From positions 30,001 through 62,000 of the forward strand of contig NZ_CP019633.1 in the NCBI RefSeq assembly GCF_001997385.1: DNA of 32,000 nt, given 5' to 3'. Positions 16,017-25,142 of this stretch are shown here, piece after piece. The notes under the pieces are model-generated. The model searched no databases. It saw only the letters and a list, made by a program, of their open reading frames with translations, and was not told where the DNA came from. The stretch comes from Sedimentisphaera cyanobacteriorum (GTDB taxonomy: Bacteria > Planctomycetota > Phycisphaerae > Sedimentisphaerales > Sedimentisphaeraceae). The translations under genes and the position numbers were made by a program. Position 1 is the first letter of the stretch. Every line of letters begins with the position of its first letter.

Positions 16017-16538
16017 ATGTGTGAAGTTGAATGCACAAACGGATGCAGTCTTGAACAGGCTGAGCAGGAGCTCTATCCCCAGCTTGATCAAATCATCGAA
16101 AGGCTCAAGGATGAGGACGGGGCATTGATTCCAGTTCTTCAGGAGACGCAGGAGCTTTTCGGCTACCTTCCTGAAGGTGCTTTGAAGAAGGTAAGCCTCA
16201 AGTTAGACATTCCATACAGTGAAGTTGCCGGCGTGGTAAATTTCTATTCATTTTTCTCAACAGTTCCCCGCGGCAAACATCTTATCCGCGTATGCCTCGG
16301 AACGGCCTGCTATGTCCGCGGCGGGAAAGAGCTTCTTGAGGGTTTCAAGAATTCCCTCGGAATAAGCGTAGGCGAGACAACCGAAGACAGGATGTTCTCG
16401 CTGGATATAGGCAGATGTTTCGGTGCATGCGGGCTGGCTCCTGTTATTATGATAGACGATAAGGTTTATCAGCGGGTTCGTGCATGCAAGATCAATGAGA
16501 TACTTTCAGAATACAAAAACGGTGAAAGCGAGCAGTGA
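16017..16538 (+). CDS. hydC: HydC / NuoE-like thioredoxin-fold [2Fe-2S] subunit of a multimeric [FeFe]-hydrogenase
   Basis: AAGGAG lies 6 nt upstream. NuoE-type cluster motifs are present (VCLGTACYVRGG ... CFGACGLAPV). There is an extra N-terminal CEVECTNGC. Confidence 0.85.
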   Translation: MCEVECTNGCSLEQAEQELYPQLDQIIERLKDEDGALIPVLQETQELFGYLPEGALKKVSLKLDIPYSEVAGVVNFYSFFSTVPRGKHLIRVCLGTACYVRGGKELLEGFKNSLGISVGETTEDRMFSLDIGRCFGACGLAPVIMIDDKVYQRVRACKINEILSEYKNGESEQ

Positions 16539-16549
16539 GGATAACGATT

Positions 16550-19500
16550 ATGGATGAGATTAAAAAATTCAATTCTCTTGAAGAATTCAAAAAGATAAGC
16601 GAACAGCTCAGAGAAAGCAGCACTCAGCCCGGCGATACTGAAAAGATTTTCATCTGTACAGGCGGGGGCTGCATAGCCTCAGGGGCATTGAACCTCAGAG
16701 ACGAGCTGAAATCCTGCCTTCAGGCAAATGGACTAAGCGAAAAGGTTCAGGTAGTGGAAACAGGCTGCATGGGGCCATGTTCTGCTGGGCCGGTTCTGCT
16801 GATGGGCAGAGACAAAACGTTTTACGTGCAGGTTCAGCCGGATGATGCAGAAGAAATCGTGCAGAGCCATATTATGCAGAACAAACTTGTAGAGAGGCTC
16901 TGCTGGAGAGATGAAAAAACCGACAAGCCCGCTGCATCAAAGCTGGATATTGAGTTTTTCAAAAAGCAGACAAAAATCGCCCTTCGAAACTGCGGGCTCA
17001 TCACGCCTACAGACCTTAGGGCTTCAATTTCCGTTGGCGGATTTGACGGGCTCGCAGCAGTGCTTGCTGGCATTAGCCGCGATGAGGTTATAGAACAGCT
17101 CAAGGATTCCGGCCTCAGAGGCAGGGGCGGGGCAGGCTTCCCAACCCATATGAAATGGACATTCACAAAGAAAAGCCCGGGTGAGGTGAAATACGTTGTA
17201 TGCAATGCAGACGAAGGAGACCCCGGCGCATTTATGGACAGAAGCGTTCTTGAGGGAGACCCGTACAGCCTTATCGAAGGTATGTCTATAGCAGCATATA
17301 CTATAGGAGCCCAGCGCGGCTTTGTTTACGTTCGTGCTGAATATCCTCTCGCTATCGAAAGGCTCAGCGAATCAATAGAAAAGTGTTACAAGGCAGGCCT
17401 TCTCGGCGAGAATATACTCGGCACAGATTTCAGCTTCGACCTCGAGATACGAAAAGGTTCGGGCGCATTTGTATGCGGCGAGGAAACAGCCCTTATGGCA
17501 TCGATTGAAGGCAAGAGGGGCGAGCCGAGGCCGAGACCTCCATTCCCCGCCCAGAAAGGGCTCTGGGATAAGCCTACTGTTCTCAATAATGTTGAAACAT
17601 ACGCAAACGTAGCTGCGATTGTGGCCAAAGGCGGGAAGTGGTTTGCTTCTTTCGGTACGGAAAAGAGCCGCGGGACGAAGGTTTTCGCACTTGCAGGCGC
17701 TATCAGGAATTCGGGGCTTGTGGAAGTTCCTATCGGAACAACCCTCGGCGATCTTATCTACGATATCGGGGGCGGAATACCAAACGGAAAGGCCTTCAAG
17801 GCCGCCCAAATCGGAGGCCCCTCAGGCGGATGCGTTCCGCTGCAGCACTTGAATGTGTCTCTGGATTACGAATCACTCAATAAGCTCGGAGCTGTTATGG
17901 GCTCGGGCGGGCTTGTTGTGATGGATGAAGATACCTGTATGGTGGATGTTGCACGTTTCTTCCTTGAGTTTGTTCAGGAAGAGTCCTGCGGGAAGTGCAT
18001 ACCGTGCCGTGTGGGAACGAAGCGTATGCTTGAGATCCTCGATAAGATATGTTCAGGCCAGGGCGAGCAGGGCGATATAGAAAGGCTCGAAGCCCTCGGC
18101 GAGAAAATCAGAGATACAGCCCTCTGCGGACTCGGCCAGACAGCACCAAACCCCGTGCTTTCAACTGTACGCCATTTCCGCGATGAATACGAGGCTCACA
18201 TTATCGATAAGCACTGCCCGGCGGGCGTTTGTCCGGATATGGTTCTCGCACCATGCAAGAGCGCGTGCCCTGCGGGAGTGAACATCCCGGGATTTGTCTC
18301 TCTCGTTGGCGAGGAGCGTTATGCAGAAGCCCTCAGGCTGCATAGAGAGCGCAATCCATTTGCCGCTGTTTGTGCGAGGGTATGCTTCCACACCTGCGAG
18401 GAAAAATGCAGAAGGTCGTCTCTTGATGAGCCTGTTTCGATAAGAGGCGTAAAACGCTTTATGGTTGATCAGGAAATCGTTGCTCAGATTCCCGAGGTGC
18501 ACGAGAATGATGAAAACGCAAAACGCAAGATTGCAGTTATCGGTGCCGGGCCTTCAGGATTCTCCTGTGCATACTTCCTTGCAAGGCTCGGATATAAGCC
18601 TACGGTTTTCGAGGCACGTTCAAGGCCGGGCGGAATGCTTGTACAGGCTATTCCGGAATACCGCCTGCCCAAGGAGATCATCGCCCGCGAATACAGGATG
18701 ATTCAGGGAATGGGCGTTAAGCTCGTTACCGATTCAAAGCTTGGCAAAGACTTCACCCTCCAGCAGCTGCGCGAGCAGGGCTATGAGGCGGTATATCTTG
18801 CAATCGGCCAGCCAGACGGTGTGATGCTGAATATGGCGGGAAGCGATGCTGAAGGCGTTAAAGAAGCCCTTGATTTCCTTAGAGAATACAATATGAAGGG
18901 CTCTGTGGAAGCGGGCAAAAACGTTGCCATTATCGGCGGCGGAAACTCGGCTATTGATGCAGCGAGAACAGCCGTGAGGCTCGGGGCAAATGTTACTGTG
19001 GTTTACCGCAGAACGCAGTCTGAGATGCCGGCTTATGCAGAAGAGATTGAAGAATCCCAGCAGGAAGGCGTGCGGATTATAGAGCTCGCCTCGCCGGAGA
19101 GAATTGTTACTGAAAACGGCAGAGTAAGCGGGCTTAAGTGCAAGAAGATGAAGCTCGGGGACTACGATGCCTCCGGCAGGAAGAAGCCGGTAGCCAGCGG
19201 CGAGGAATTCACCCTTGATGCTGATCAGGTTATCTTTGCAGTAGGCCAGACAATGAATCTCGAGCCGATATTTGGAAAAGTAATCAATCCGCAAGGCGAA
19301 ACAGGCTATGAGTATTTCGTTGAAGTGGGCAATGAAAAACTCCGGCTTAACGGCAAGAGCAAGATCAGCGCAGGCCATCAAAATGCTCAAACCTCAATCA
19401 ACTGGCTCTTCTGCGGCGGAGATGCCGCCATGGGGGCAGCTTCGGTTGTAGAGGCTATAGGTGAAGGCGAGAAGGCAGCAGTTGGCATTGATGAATATCT

Positions 19501-19753
19501 CACCGGCGCCAATCACGCATTCTGGCGTGAGGATGTGCCTGTAGATACATACTTCGACCCCGACGAGGAGCCAAAGAACTATCCTCGCAAGAAGATGGAG
19601 CTGCTATCCATTGAAAGACGAATAAACAGTTTCGCAGAAGTAGAGCAGCCGTGGGATAAATCTGAGGCTATAAGACAAGCTCAGAGGTGCCTGAGATGTG
19701 ATTACGGCAAATATAAGTGTCCTGCTGCTAAGATGCAGGCTGGTGTTGAGTAA
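16550..19753 (+). CDS. HydB / NuoF-like flavoprotein subunit fused to a GltD/NfnB-like NAD(P)H-dependent oxidoreductase module
   Basis: N-terminal 2Fe-2S thioredoxin-like domain (CTGGGCIASG...CMGPCSAGP). NuoF core (GRGGAGFPT; ESCGKCIPCRVG...LCGLGQTAP). GltD-like part (APCKSACPAGVNIPGF; NPFAAVCARVCFHTCEEKC; Rossmann IAVIGAGPSG and VAIIGGGNSAIDAART; FCGGDA). The track start at 16535 is GTG; ATG at 16550 has GAGGA 8 nt upstream. Confidence 0.85.
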   Translation: MDEIKKFNSLEEFKKISEQLRESSTQPGDTEKIFICTGGGCIASGALNLRDELKSCLQANGLSEKVQVVETGCMGPCSAGPVLLMGRDKTFYVQVQPDDAEEIVQSHIMQNKLVERLCWRDEKTDKPAASKLDIEFFKKQTKIALRNCGLITPTDLRASISVGGFDGLAAVLAGISRDEVIEQLKDSGLRGRGGAGFPTHMKWTFTKKSPGEVKYVVCNADEGDPGAFMDRSVLEGDPYSLIEGMSIAAYTIGAQRGFVYVRAEYPLAIERLSESIEKCYKAGLLGENILGTDFSFDLEIRKGSGAFVCGEETALMASIEGKRGEPRPRPPFPAQKGLWDKPTVLNNVETYANVAAIVAKGGKWFASFGTEKSRGTKVFALAGAIRNSGLVEVPIGTTLGDLIYDIGGGIPNGKAFKAAQIGGPSGGCVPLQHLNVSLDYESLNKLGAVMGSGGLVVMDEDTCMVDVARFFLEFVQEESCGKCIPCRVGTKRMLEILDKICSGQGEQGDIERLEALGEKIRDTALCGLGQTAPNPVLSTVRHFRDEYEAHIIDKHCPAGVCPDMVLAPCKSACPAGVNIPGFVSLVGEERYAEALRLHRERNPFAAVCARVCFHTCEEKCRRSSLDEPVSIRGVKRFMVDQEIVAQIPEVHENDENAKRKIAVIGAGPSGFSCAYFLARLGYKPTVFEARSRPGGMLVQAIPEYRLPKEIIAREYRMIQGMGVKLVTDSKLGKDFTLQQLREQGYEAVYLAIGQPDGVMLNMAGSDAEGVKEALDFLREYNMKGSVEAGKNVAIIGGGNSAIDAARTAVRLGANVTVVYRRTQSEMPAYAEEIEESQQEGVRIIELASPERIVTENGRVSGLKCKKMKLGDYDASGRKKPVASGEEFTLDADQVIFAVGQTMNLEPIFGKVINPQGETGYEYFVEVGNEKLRLNGKSKISAGHQNAQTSINWLFCGGDAAMGAASVVEAIGEGEKAAVGIDEYLTGANHAFWREDVPVDTYFDPDEEPKNYPRKKMELLSIERRINSFAEVEQPWDKSEAIRQAQRCLRCDYGKYKCPAAKMQAGVE

Positions 19754-19788
19754 TGCTTAGCGATAAAAGCAAACAGAAAGGTGAATTT

Positions 19789-21561
19789 ATGATATCACTA
19801 AAGATAAACGATAAAGATATTCAGGTGCAGGATGGGGCAACCATCCTTGAAGCAGCGAAGAGCTGCGATATATATATCCCTACGCTTTGCTACCTTGAAA
19901 ACCTCAAGCCCCGCGGGCTGTGCAGGGTTTGCGTGGTGGAAGTTGAGGGGGCGAAGAATCTCATTCCTGCATGCAGTACGCCCGCAGCTGAGGGGATGAA
20001 CATAAAAACAAACACAAGACGTGTGCGTGAATCACGCAAGATGATAGTAGAGCTTCTGCTCTCAGAGCACAACGGCGAATGCACAACCTGCGAGAGAAAC
20101 AACGACTGCGAACTGCAAAAGCTCGCAAGAGACCTCGGCATTGAAGAACTCAGATACGAAGGCGAAAAAACCTCATCACAGATTGATGAAAGCACCCCGG
20201 GGATATTCAGAGACAGCGGCAAGTGCATCAAATGCAGAAGGTGTGTGGAGGTTTGTCAGGGAGTGGAATCGGTAGGTGCGATATCGCCGCAGTCCCGCGG
20301 ATTTGATACTACAATAGGCCCTGCCTTTGACCACCCGCTCTCTGAGGTAACGTGCGTTCAATGCGGGCAGTGCGCTGCGGTTTGTCCTGTTGGGGCAATC
20401 ACCGAGCGGAACTACATCCAGCAGGTTTGGGATGCCTTAGACGACCCTGAGAAGTACGTTGTAGTACAGACTGCTCCAGCTATCCGTTCTGCCCTTGGTG
20501 AGGCTTTCGGCCTCGAGCCGGGAACTCCAGTAACCGGCAAGATGGTTGCAGCTCTCAAAGAGCTGGGCTTTGACGGGGTGTTCGATACCAACTTCACAGC
20601 AGACCTTACGATTATGGAAGAAGGAAGCGAGCTTTTGAGCAGGCTTACAAAGGTTCTGCGGGACGGGCAGAAGCAAGCTCTTCCGCAGTTTACAAGCTGC
20701 TGCCCGGCTTGGATTAATTTCGCAGAGCATTATTACCCCGAGCTTCTGAAAAATCTCTCTACGTGCAAATCTCCTCAGCAGATGTTTGGCGCTGTAGCGA
20801 AAACATATTATGCTGAAAAGATAGGCGTTGATCCTGCCAAGATGGTGGTTGTCTCAGTAATGCCGTGTACGGCGAAGAAATTCGAATCCCAGCGTGAGGA
20901 GCTCACAGACAGCGGCTATCCAGATGTTGACTACGTGCTCACTACCCGCGAGCTTGCAAGGATGATAAATCAGAGCGGAATCCTTTTCAGTCTTCTGGAA
21001 GATCAGAAGATGGATTCCCCGTTCCCCGAGTCTTCCGGTGCGGCTGATATCTTCGCAAACACCGGCGGCGTTATGGAAGCGGCAGTTCGTACCGCCTATA
21101 AGATTGTAACGGGGCGGAATCTGCCTACAGATAAAATGCACCTGAAGAATATTATGGATCTTGAAGGAATCAAGGAGGCTTCGCTGAAGATTGAAGACCC
21201 GGTTAAAGAGTGGTCTTTCCTTGACGGGGCAGAGCTGAATGTGATGGTTATACACAGCCTTTCGAATGTGAGGAAGGTGCTCAAAGAGAAGGATATATCC
21301 AAGTATCACTTTATTGAAGTAATGTCCTGCCCGGGCGGCTGCATCAGCGGCGGCGGGCAGCCCAGATTCACCGATAATAACATTCGCCAGAAGAGGATTC
21401 AGGCGATTCTCACTGAAGACGAGGGCAAGGAAATCAGAAATTCCTGCGAGAATCCGTTTATCCAGCAGATTTATTCTGAATATCTCAAGCAGCCTCTGGG
21501 AGAAAAATCTCACCACCTGCTGCATACTGAATATTTCGAAAAATCTCCTGTTGAGCAGTAA
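19789..21561 (+). CDS. hydA: [FeFe]-hydrogenase catalytic subunit HydA (M3-type with C-terminal small-subunit-like extension)
   Basis: All three H-cluster motifs are present: FTSCCPAW, MPCTAKKFE and EVMSCPGGCISGGGQP. The N terminus has a 2Fe-2S ferredoxin fold, a His-ligated cluster (EHNGECTTCERNNDCELQ) and two 4Fe-4S motifs (CIKCRRCVEVC, CVQCGQCAAVCP). The track start at 19753 is a TAATG overlap with the previous gene. ATG at 19789 (MISLKINDK), with AAAGGTG upstream, matches the usual N terminus. Confidence 0.92.
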   Translation: MISLKINDKDIQVQDGATILEAAKSCDIYIPTLCYLENLKPRGLCRVCVVEVEGAKNLIPACSTPAAEGMNIKTNTRRVRESRKMIVELLLSEHNGECTTCERNNDCELQKLARDLGIEELRYEGEKTSSQIDESTPGIFRDSGKCIKCRRCVEVCQGVESVGAISPQSRGFDTTIGPAFDHPLSEVTCVQCGQCAAVCPVGAITERNYIQQVWDALDDPEKYVVVQTAPAIRSALGEAFGLEPGTPVTGKMVAALKELGFDGVFDTNFTADLTIMEEGSELLSRLTKVLRDGQKQALPQFTSCCPAWINFAEHYYPELLKNLSTCKSPQQMFGAVAKTYYAEKIGVDPAKMVVVSVMPCTAKKFESQREELTDSGYPDVDYVLTTRELARMINQSGILFSLLEDQKMDSPFPESSGAADIFANTGGVMEAAVRTAYKIVTGRNLPTDKMHLKNIMDLEGIKEASLKIEDPVKEWSFLDGAELNVMVIHSLSNVRKVLKEKDISKYHFIEVMSCPGGCISGGGQPRFTDNNIRQKRIQAILTEDEGKEIRNSCENPFIQQIYSEYLKQPLGEKSHHLLHTEYFEKSPVEQ

Positions 21562-21584
21562 TTTTTAAGACACCCGATTCGAAT

Positions 21585-21614
21585 AAAGGGGCGTGCCGAC
21601 CGGTACGCCTCTTT
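21585..21614 (+). terminator. Candidate terminator after hydA
   Basis: AAAGGGGCGTGCC-gacc-GGTACGCCTCTTT: a 13-bp stem with two G-U pairs. The T tract is short. Confidence 0.4.
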
Positions 21615-21672
21615 ATGCTGGTCTCATTAAGATGTATCGAAAATATTTACAGCCCAACCGAGAATCGGGGCT

Positions 21673-21719
21673 AAAACTTCGGCCAATTTAAAGTTGCAGT
21701 TTAAATTAGCCGAAGTTTT
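21673..21719. terminator. 47-nt near-perfect hairpin between convergent operons (bidirectional terminator-like)
   Basis: AAAACTTCGGC-c-AATTTAAA-gttgcag-TTTAAATT-a-GCCGAAGTTTT. This is 11+8 bp of stem with one mismatch, A4 on the left and T4 on the right. Confidence 0.5.
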
Positions 21720-21770
21720 CTGATATGTGTTCATGTATGAAGCAGGGGGTTTTGGCGTAGAAATCTTCAA

Positions 21771-21802
21771 ACGAAAAAGGGCGAACCAATCGGATCGCCC
21801 TT
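21771..21802 (-). terminator. Rho-independent terminator of the ABC/GldG/DUF4340 operon
   Basis: The minus strand reads AAGGGCGA-tccgattggt-TCGCCCTT followed by TTTCGTTT, about 23 nt after the stop at 21825. Confidence 0.6.
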
Positions 21803-21824
21803 TATAAAATGGTTTTGTAATGTT

Positions 21825-23123
21825 TTAGTATGAGCTTTTTTCAGGTTCTTCTGCCGACTGATTGTCGCTGCCGGCCTGTTTTGGCTGCTGTTTCTCTTTC
21901 GGCTCGCTTTCGCTCTGTTTCTGTTCGTCGGCCTTGTTTTGGCTGCTGTTGGCAGATTCGCTTTCATCTGCATTTTCAGCAGATTCATCTGAACTTTCTT
22001 GAGTTTTCTTTTCAGACGCAGCTTTTTCAGCGGCCTGGGCATCGCTGCCTTCAGCCTCCTGTTCGGGCTTTTCTTCCGGAACCTTTTCAATTAGGTCGTT
22101 AAAGTGTTTGGTGAGATTTTTTGCGTTCCAAGACGGGATTTTGTAAACCCAGCCCTCGTGGCGGTCGTTGAAGTTTGCAGCTGCCTCACGCTTGAGCAGG
22201 ATATCTTCTTTCTTCTTGAGCTCTTCTTCGCTTTCCACCTCATCCTTCTTTATTACTTTTTCTTTATTGGTGAATTCAGCGGAGCATTTTGCCCAGTAGT
22301 CCTGTCCCTTTTTAGCAACCTCGAAGGTGTAAACGGTAGAATCATTCAGGCGGGATACATACTGATACTCAAAATTCAGCTCTGTCATTTCCGAGGCCTT
22401 TGCGGCGTCTGTAAAGTTCACCCTGCCAAGGGCATCGAGCACTGAATGGAAATCAGTTCCTTTGGCCTGCATACCTTCAGGAATTCCCTTCAGCTTTCTA
22501 TTCCCGTTTTCATTGGAGATTTCATAGCTGCCTTCAGGCGTCTTCACGGAAACCTTCTCAACATCCGTTCCCTCAACTTTTACAATGCTCCTCTCAACAT
22601 AGCTGTTTGCGCTTGTGCTGGCAAAGAAAGATTCCTCGGAGATGTAAACGTTGTTGTCTGCGAACTTGCGGACATAGTTGCCTGAGCCTTTATTCTTGCC
22701 TACAATCAGCCCGGTAAGAACCTTGCCGTCGGAAGCAAGAAACTGAATGTTGTATCTTGCCTGGTCCTTGGTTACTTCAAGGTCTTCGAAATTGCTCGGG
22801 TTGGTGGTATAAACCTTCCCGATTTTAACGTCGAGGCATTTGGAAATCAGCTCGTTGAGCTTTGATACCTTCACCGGATAACCGCTCATTGATTCCAAAT
22901 AATACTCGCCGCCTTCCTTGATGATTGATACCGGCTCCCCGGAGGAGCCTTTTATCGAAATCCCAGATACCATATCCATATCAAGTCCCTGAATAAGGTA
23001 TGTAATCCGGCCGCTGTCATAACGGGTTTTCTCGCCTGTAAACATAGACTGAGCTGTTACTAAAACAACTGCCGCAAGAGCTGCTGCCGCAAGTATCGAT
23101 AGTTTTTTGTCTGTCATTACCAT
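21825..23123 (-). CDS. Membrane-anchored protein, DUF4340-like by position, with an acidic/Lys-rich C-terminal tail
   Basis: N-terminal TM helix LSILAAAALAAVVLVTAQ, a beta-rich ectodomain and a roughly 90-aa E/K/S/Q-rich tail. It is the last gene after the ATPase, permease and GldG-like genes, an arrangement I recall for DUF4340. The family assignment rests on synteny, not on a recognised motif. Confidence 0.5.
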   Translation of the reverse strand: MVMTDKKLSILAAAALAAVVLVTAQSMFTGEKTRYDSGRITYLIQGLDMDMVSGISIKGSSGEPVSIIKEGGEYYLESMSGYPVKVSKLNELISKCLDVKIGKVYTTNPSNFEDLEVTKDQARYNIQFLASDGKVLTGLIVGKNKGSGNYVRKFADNNVYISEESFFASTSANSYVERSIVKVEGTDVEKVSVKTPEGSYEISNENGNRKLKGIPEGMQAKGTDFHSVLDALGRVNFTDAAKASEMTELNFEYQYVSRLNDSTVYTFEVAKKGQDYWAKCSAEFTNKEKVIKKDEVESEEELKKKEDILLKREAAANFNDRHEGWVYKIPSWNAKNLTKHFNDLIEKVPEEKPEQEAEGSDAQAAEKAASEKKTQESSDESAENADESESANSSQNKADEQKQSESEPKEKQQPKQAGSDNQSAEEPEKSSY

Positions 23124-23144
23124 ATAAGAACTCCTAATACCGGA

Positions 23145-25142
23145 TTAATCTCTTCTGTTTGAAACGAAATTTCTTCTCTTGGTAGCTCTCATAAGCCAGA
23201 GGATTACTGCTATCACGAGGATAACGCCCGGAGCAAGGAGCATATTGATATTCCGCAGCTTATTGCCGAGGGCTTCAATCTCCTCGCGTCTCTCGCGTTT
23301 TACATCCTGCAGTCTTGCCTTGGCCTTTCTAATCTTCAGCTCGAGCTCTTTTTTCTTCTCCATTATAGAGCTTCCGATTACCTCTTCGCTGTCGCCCTTG
23401 GAGTTTTGGATGATTTCCTGAAGCTCTTTTTCGAAGCCGCTGATCTCAGCCTTGATCTTTTCTTCCTGTTCGGCCGTTCTCTCTTCGGCCTTCTGCTCGA
23501 TCTGTTCAACCACAGTGAACGGGCGTTTGTGCGTGCCGCGGCTTCTTATGCTCAACAGGTCGCTCGAACCGGAGATATGCTCTATCGCATTGAGAAGAAC
23601 CGAGGCGTTGTCTGCAACCTCCATCTTCGAGCCGAAGAAGGCATCTCGGTATGCCACCATATCAGAGATAAAGTCAACATCGCTGAAAACAACAACCGCG
23701 CACTCCTTGCTTGTTTGCTCGGAGGGGTTGAGGTGTTTGGTTTTTGTTTTCTCTTCTTTCCCGTCTTGGTCTTCGCTGTTTTGGCTTTCTGCCTCGGGTG
23801 AGTCCTGGCCGTCTTCTTCGGTTTCTACTTCCACATCAATCCCGTCGGGGAAGTTTGTTTCGAGCTCTCCTGTAATAATGCAGGCCATATCTACAGGTTC
23901 ATCCCCCGGGGTGAATTTCTGCATCAGCCTTTCGGGATTCGGCCTCATCAGCTCAAACTGATTATCCACAGACCACGTATTCCCGCGGTTTGTAGTAGAA
24001 AGCAGCGGCTCCACGTTTACCCCTTCCTTATCGCTGAATTTCAGCGAGCCGGGAAAGAGCATACGCACATCGTTCAAACTTGAGCTTATCGGATGGTCTT
24101 TATTGAAGCATTCATCCTTGAGCCCGAGATAGCCGATAAGCGCAGCAGGTCTCTGGCTCGGCCCGATGTTTGTATCAATCGCAAGGGATTTGTCGCCGGC
24201 GAATTTATCCTCTTCCATCTCAACGCCCCATTTTGCGAGCAGTTCGTTGAGATTTGAGCTTTGCGAGGGCATCTGTCCGCTCATCTGCTGCTCCCTGTCC
24301 GGCTGGTCAACAAATGCGTGCGGGTCTGTACAGATTATTGTGCGTCCGCCTGTAACTGCGAACTGATCAATCGCAAAAAGCGTGTTCTCTGGAAGGTCTT
24401 TGGGGTGAATCACCATTAGAATATCAACATCTTCAACCTTGTTGACATCCGTGCCCACGTTTTCCACCTCATAATTGCCTTCTTTGAGCTGATTTATGAA
24501 TGTCCAAGAAGGCTCCGGCTGCTGTCCCTGCATACGCATCATACGAGCCATATAATCGGAAACATCCTGCCCAGTTACCGGCAGAGAGCTTATCACGCCA
24601 ATCTTTTTCTTCTCACGTGTTATAGCGGTGTCTATCAGGTAGCTGATATCGTATTCTACGAAATCCTGCCTGTCCGGCGAGAAGAACGGTATGGATTTCT
24701 CCACTCCAAACTGCGTTTGAACAACAAGGCCGAAGAAGAAGTTCTCTTCTTCAGTAATAGGGAATTTTTTGAGTCCGTGCTCAATCGCCTCTGTTTCGGC
24801 CTCTGAATAGGGGCGGGGGTCTATAACCTCCAGGTCAATCATCCCGTCGCTCACTGATTCGTATTCCTCGAGCAGTGATTTAACAAAATCGTAGTATATA
24901 TTGAAGAAACGAATCCTGTCCGGCCCTTTCATTGCGGCCTTTTCGGCATAATAAAGCTTAAGCGTTATCGGCTGATTGAGCTTGTCGATAATATTTTTCG
25001 TTCCCTCTGAAAGGGTGTAAATCTGTCTTTCTGTAACGTCGGCTTTAATTTTTCTAAGCGTCCTCTGCATAAATGTGTTTGCGCAGAAGACAATCACAAG
25101 TACAAAGAAAACTGCAAGCCATGCTTTTAGTGTTCTATTCAT
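23145..25142 (-). CDS. GldG-like ABC-transporter auxiliary component
   Basis: 665 aa with an N-terminal TM helix (AWLAVFFVLVIVFCANTF), a large periplasmic region, a C-terminal coiled coil and a TM helix (LLAPGVILVIAVILWLM). An internal acidic insert reads ETEEDGQDSPEAESQNSEDQDGKEE. There is a TGATG overlap with the upstream permease. Confidence 0.65.
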   Translation of the reverse strand: MNRTLKAWLAVFFVLVIVFCANTFMQRTLRKIKADVTERQIYTLSEGTKNIIDKLNQPITLKLYYAEKAAMKGPDRIRFFNIYYDFVKSLLEEYESVSDGMIDLEVIDPRPYSEAETEAIEHGLKKFPITEEENFFFGLVVQTQFGVEKSIPFFSPDRQDFVEYDISYLIDTAITREKKKIGVISSLPVTGQDVSDYMARMMRMQGQQPEPSWTFINQLKEGNYEVENVGTDVNKVEDVDILMVIHPKDLPENTLFAIDQFAVTGGRTIICTDPHAFVDQPDREQQMSGQMPSQSSNLNELLAKWGVEMEEDKFAGDKSLAIDTNIGPSQRPAALIGYLGLKDECFNKDHPISSSLNDVRMLFPGSLKFSDKEGVNVEPLLSTTNRGNTWSVDNQFELMRPNPERLMQKFTPGDEPVDMACIITGELETNFPDGIDVEVETEEDGQDSPEAESQNSEDQDGKEEKTKTKHLNPSEQTSKECAVVVFSDVDFISDMVAYRDAFFGSKMEVADNASVLLNAIEHISGSSDLLSIRSRGTHKRPFTVVEQIEQKAEERTAEQEEKIKAEISGFEKELQEIIQNSKGDSEEVIGSSIMEKKKELELKIRKAKARLQDVKRERREEIEALGNKLRNINMLLAPGVILVIAVILWLMRATKRRNFVSNRRD

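Noticed and set aside
16017-21561. Checked the hydrogenase genes for in-frame TGA (selenocysteine) or internal frameshifts
   Set aside because: All three ORFs are uninterrupted, and the conserved Cys ligands are encoded by ordinary Cys codons in the expected motifs.
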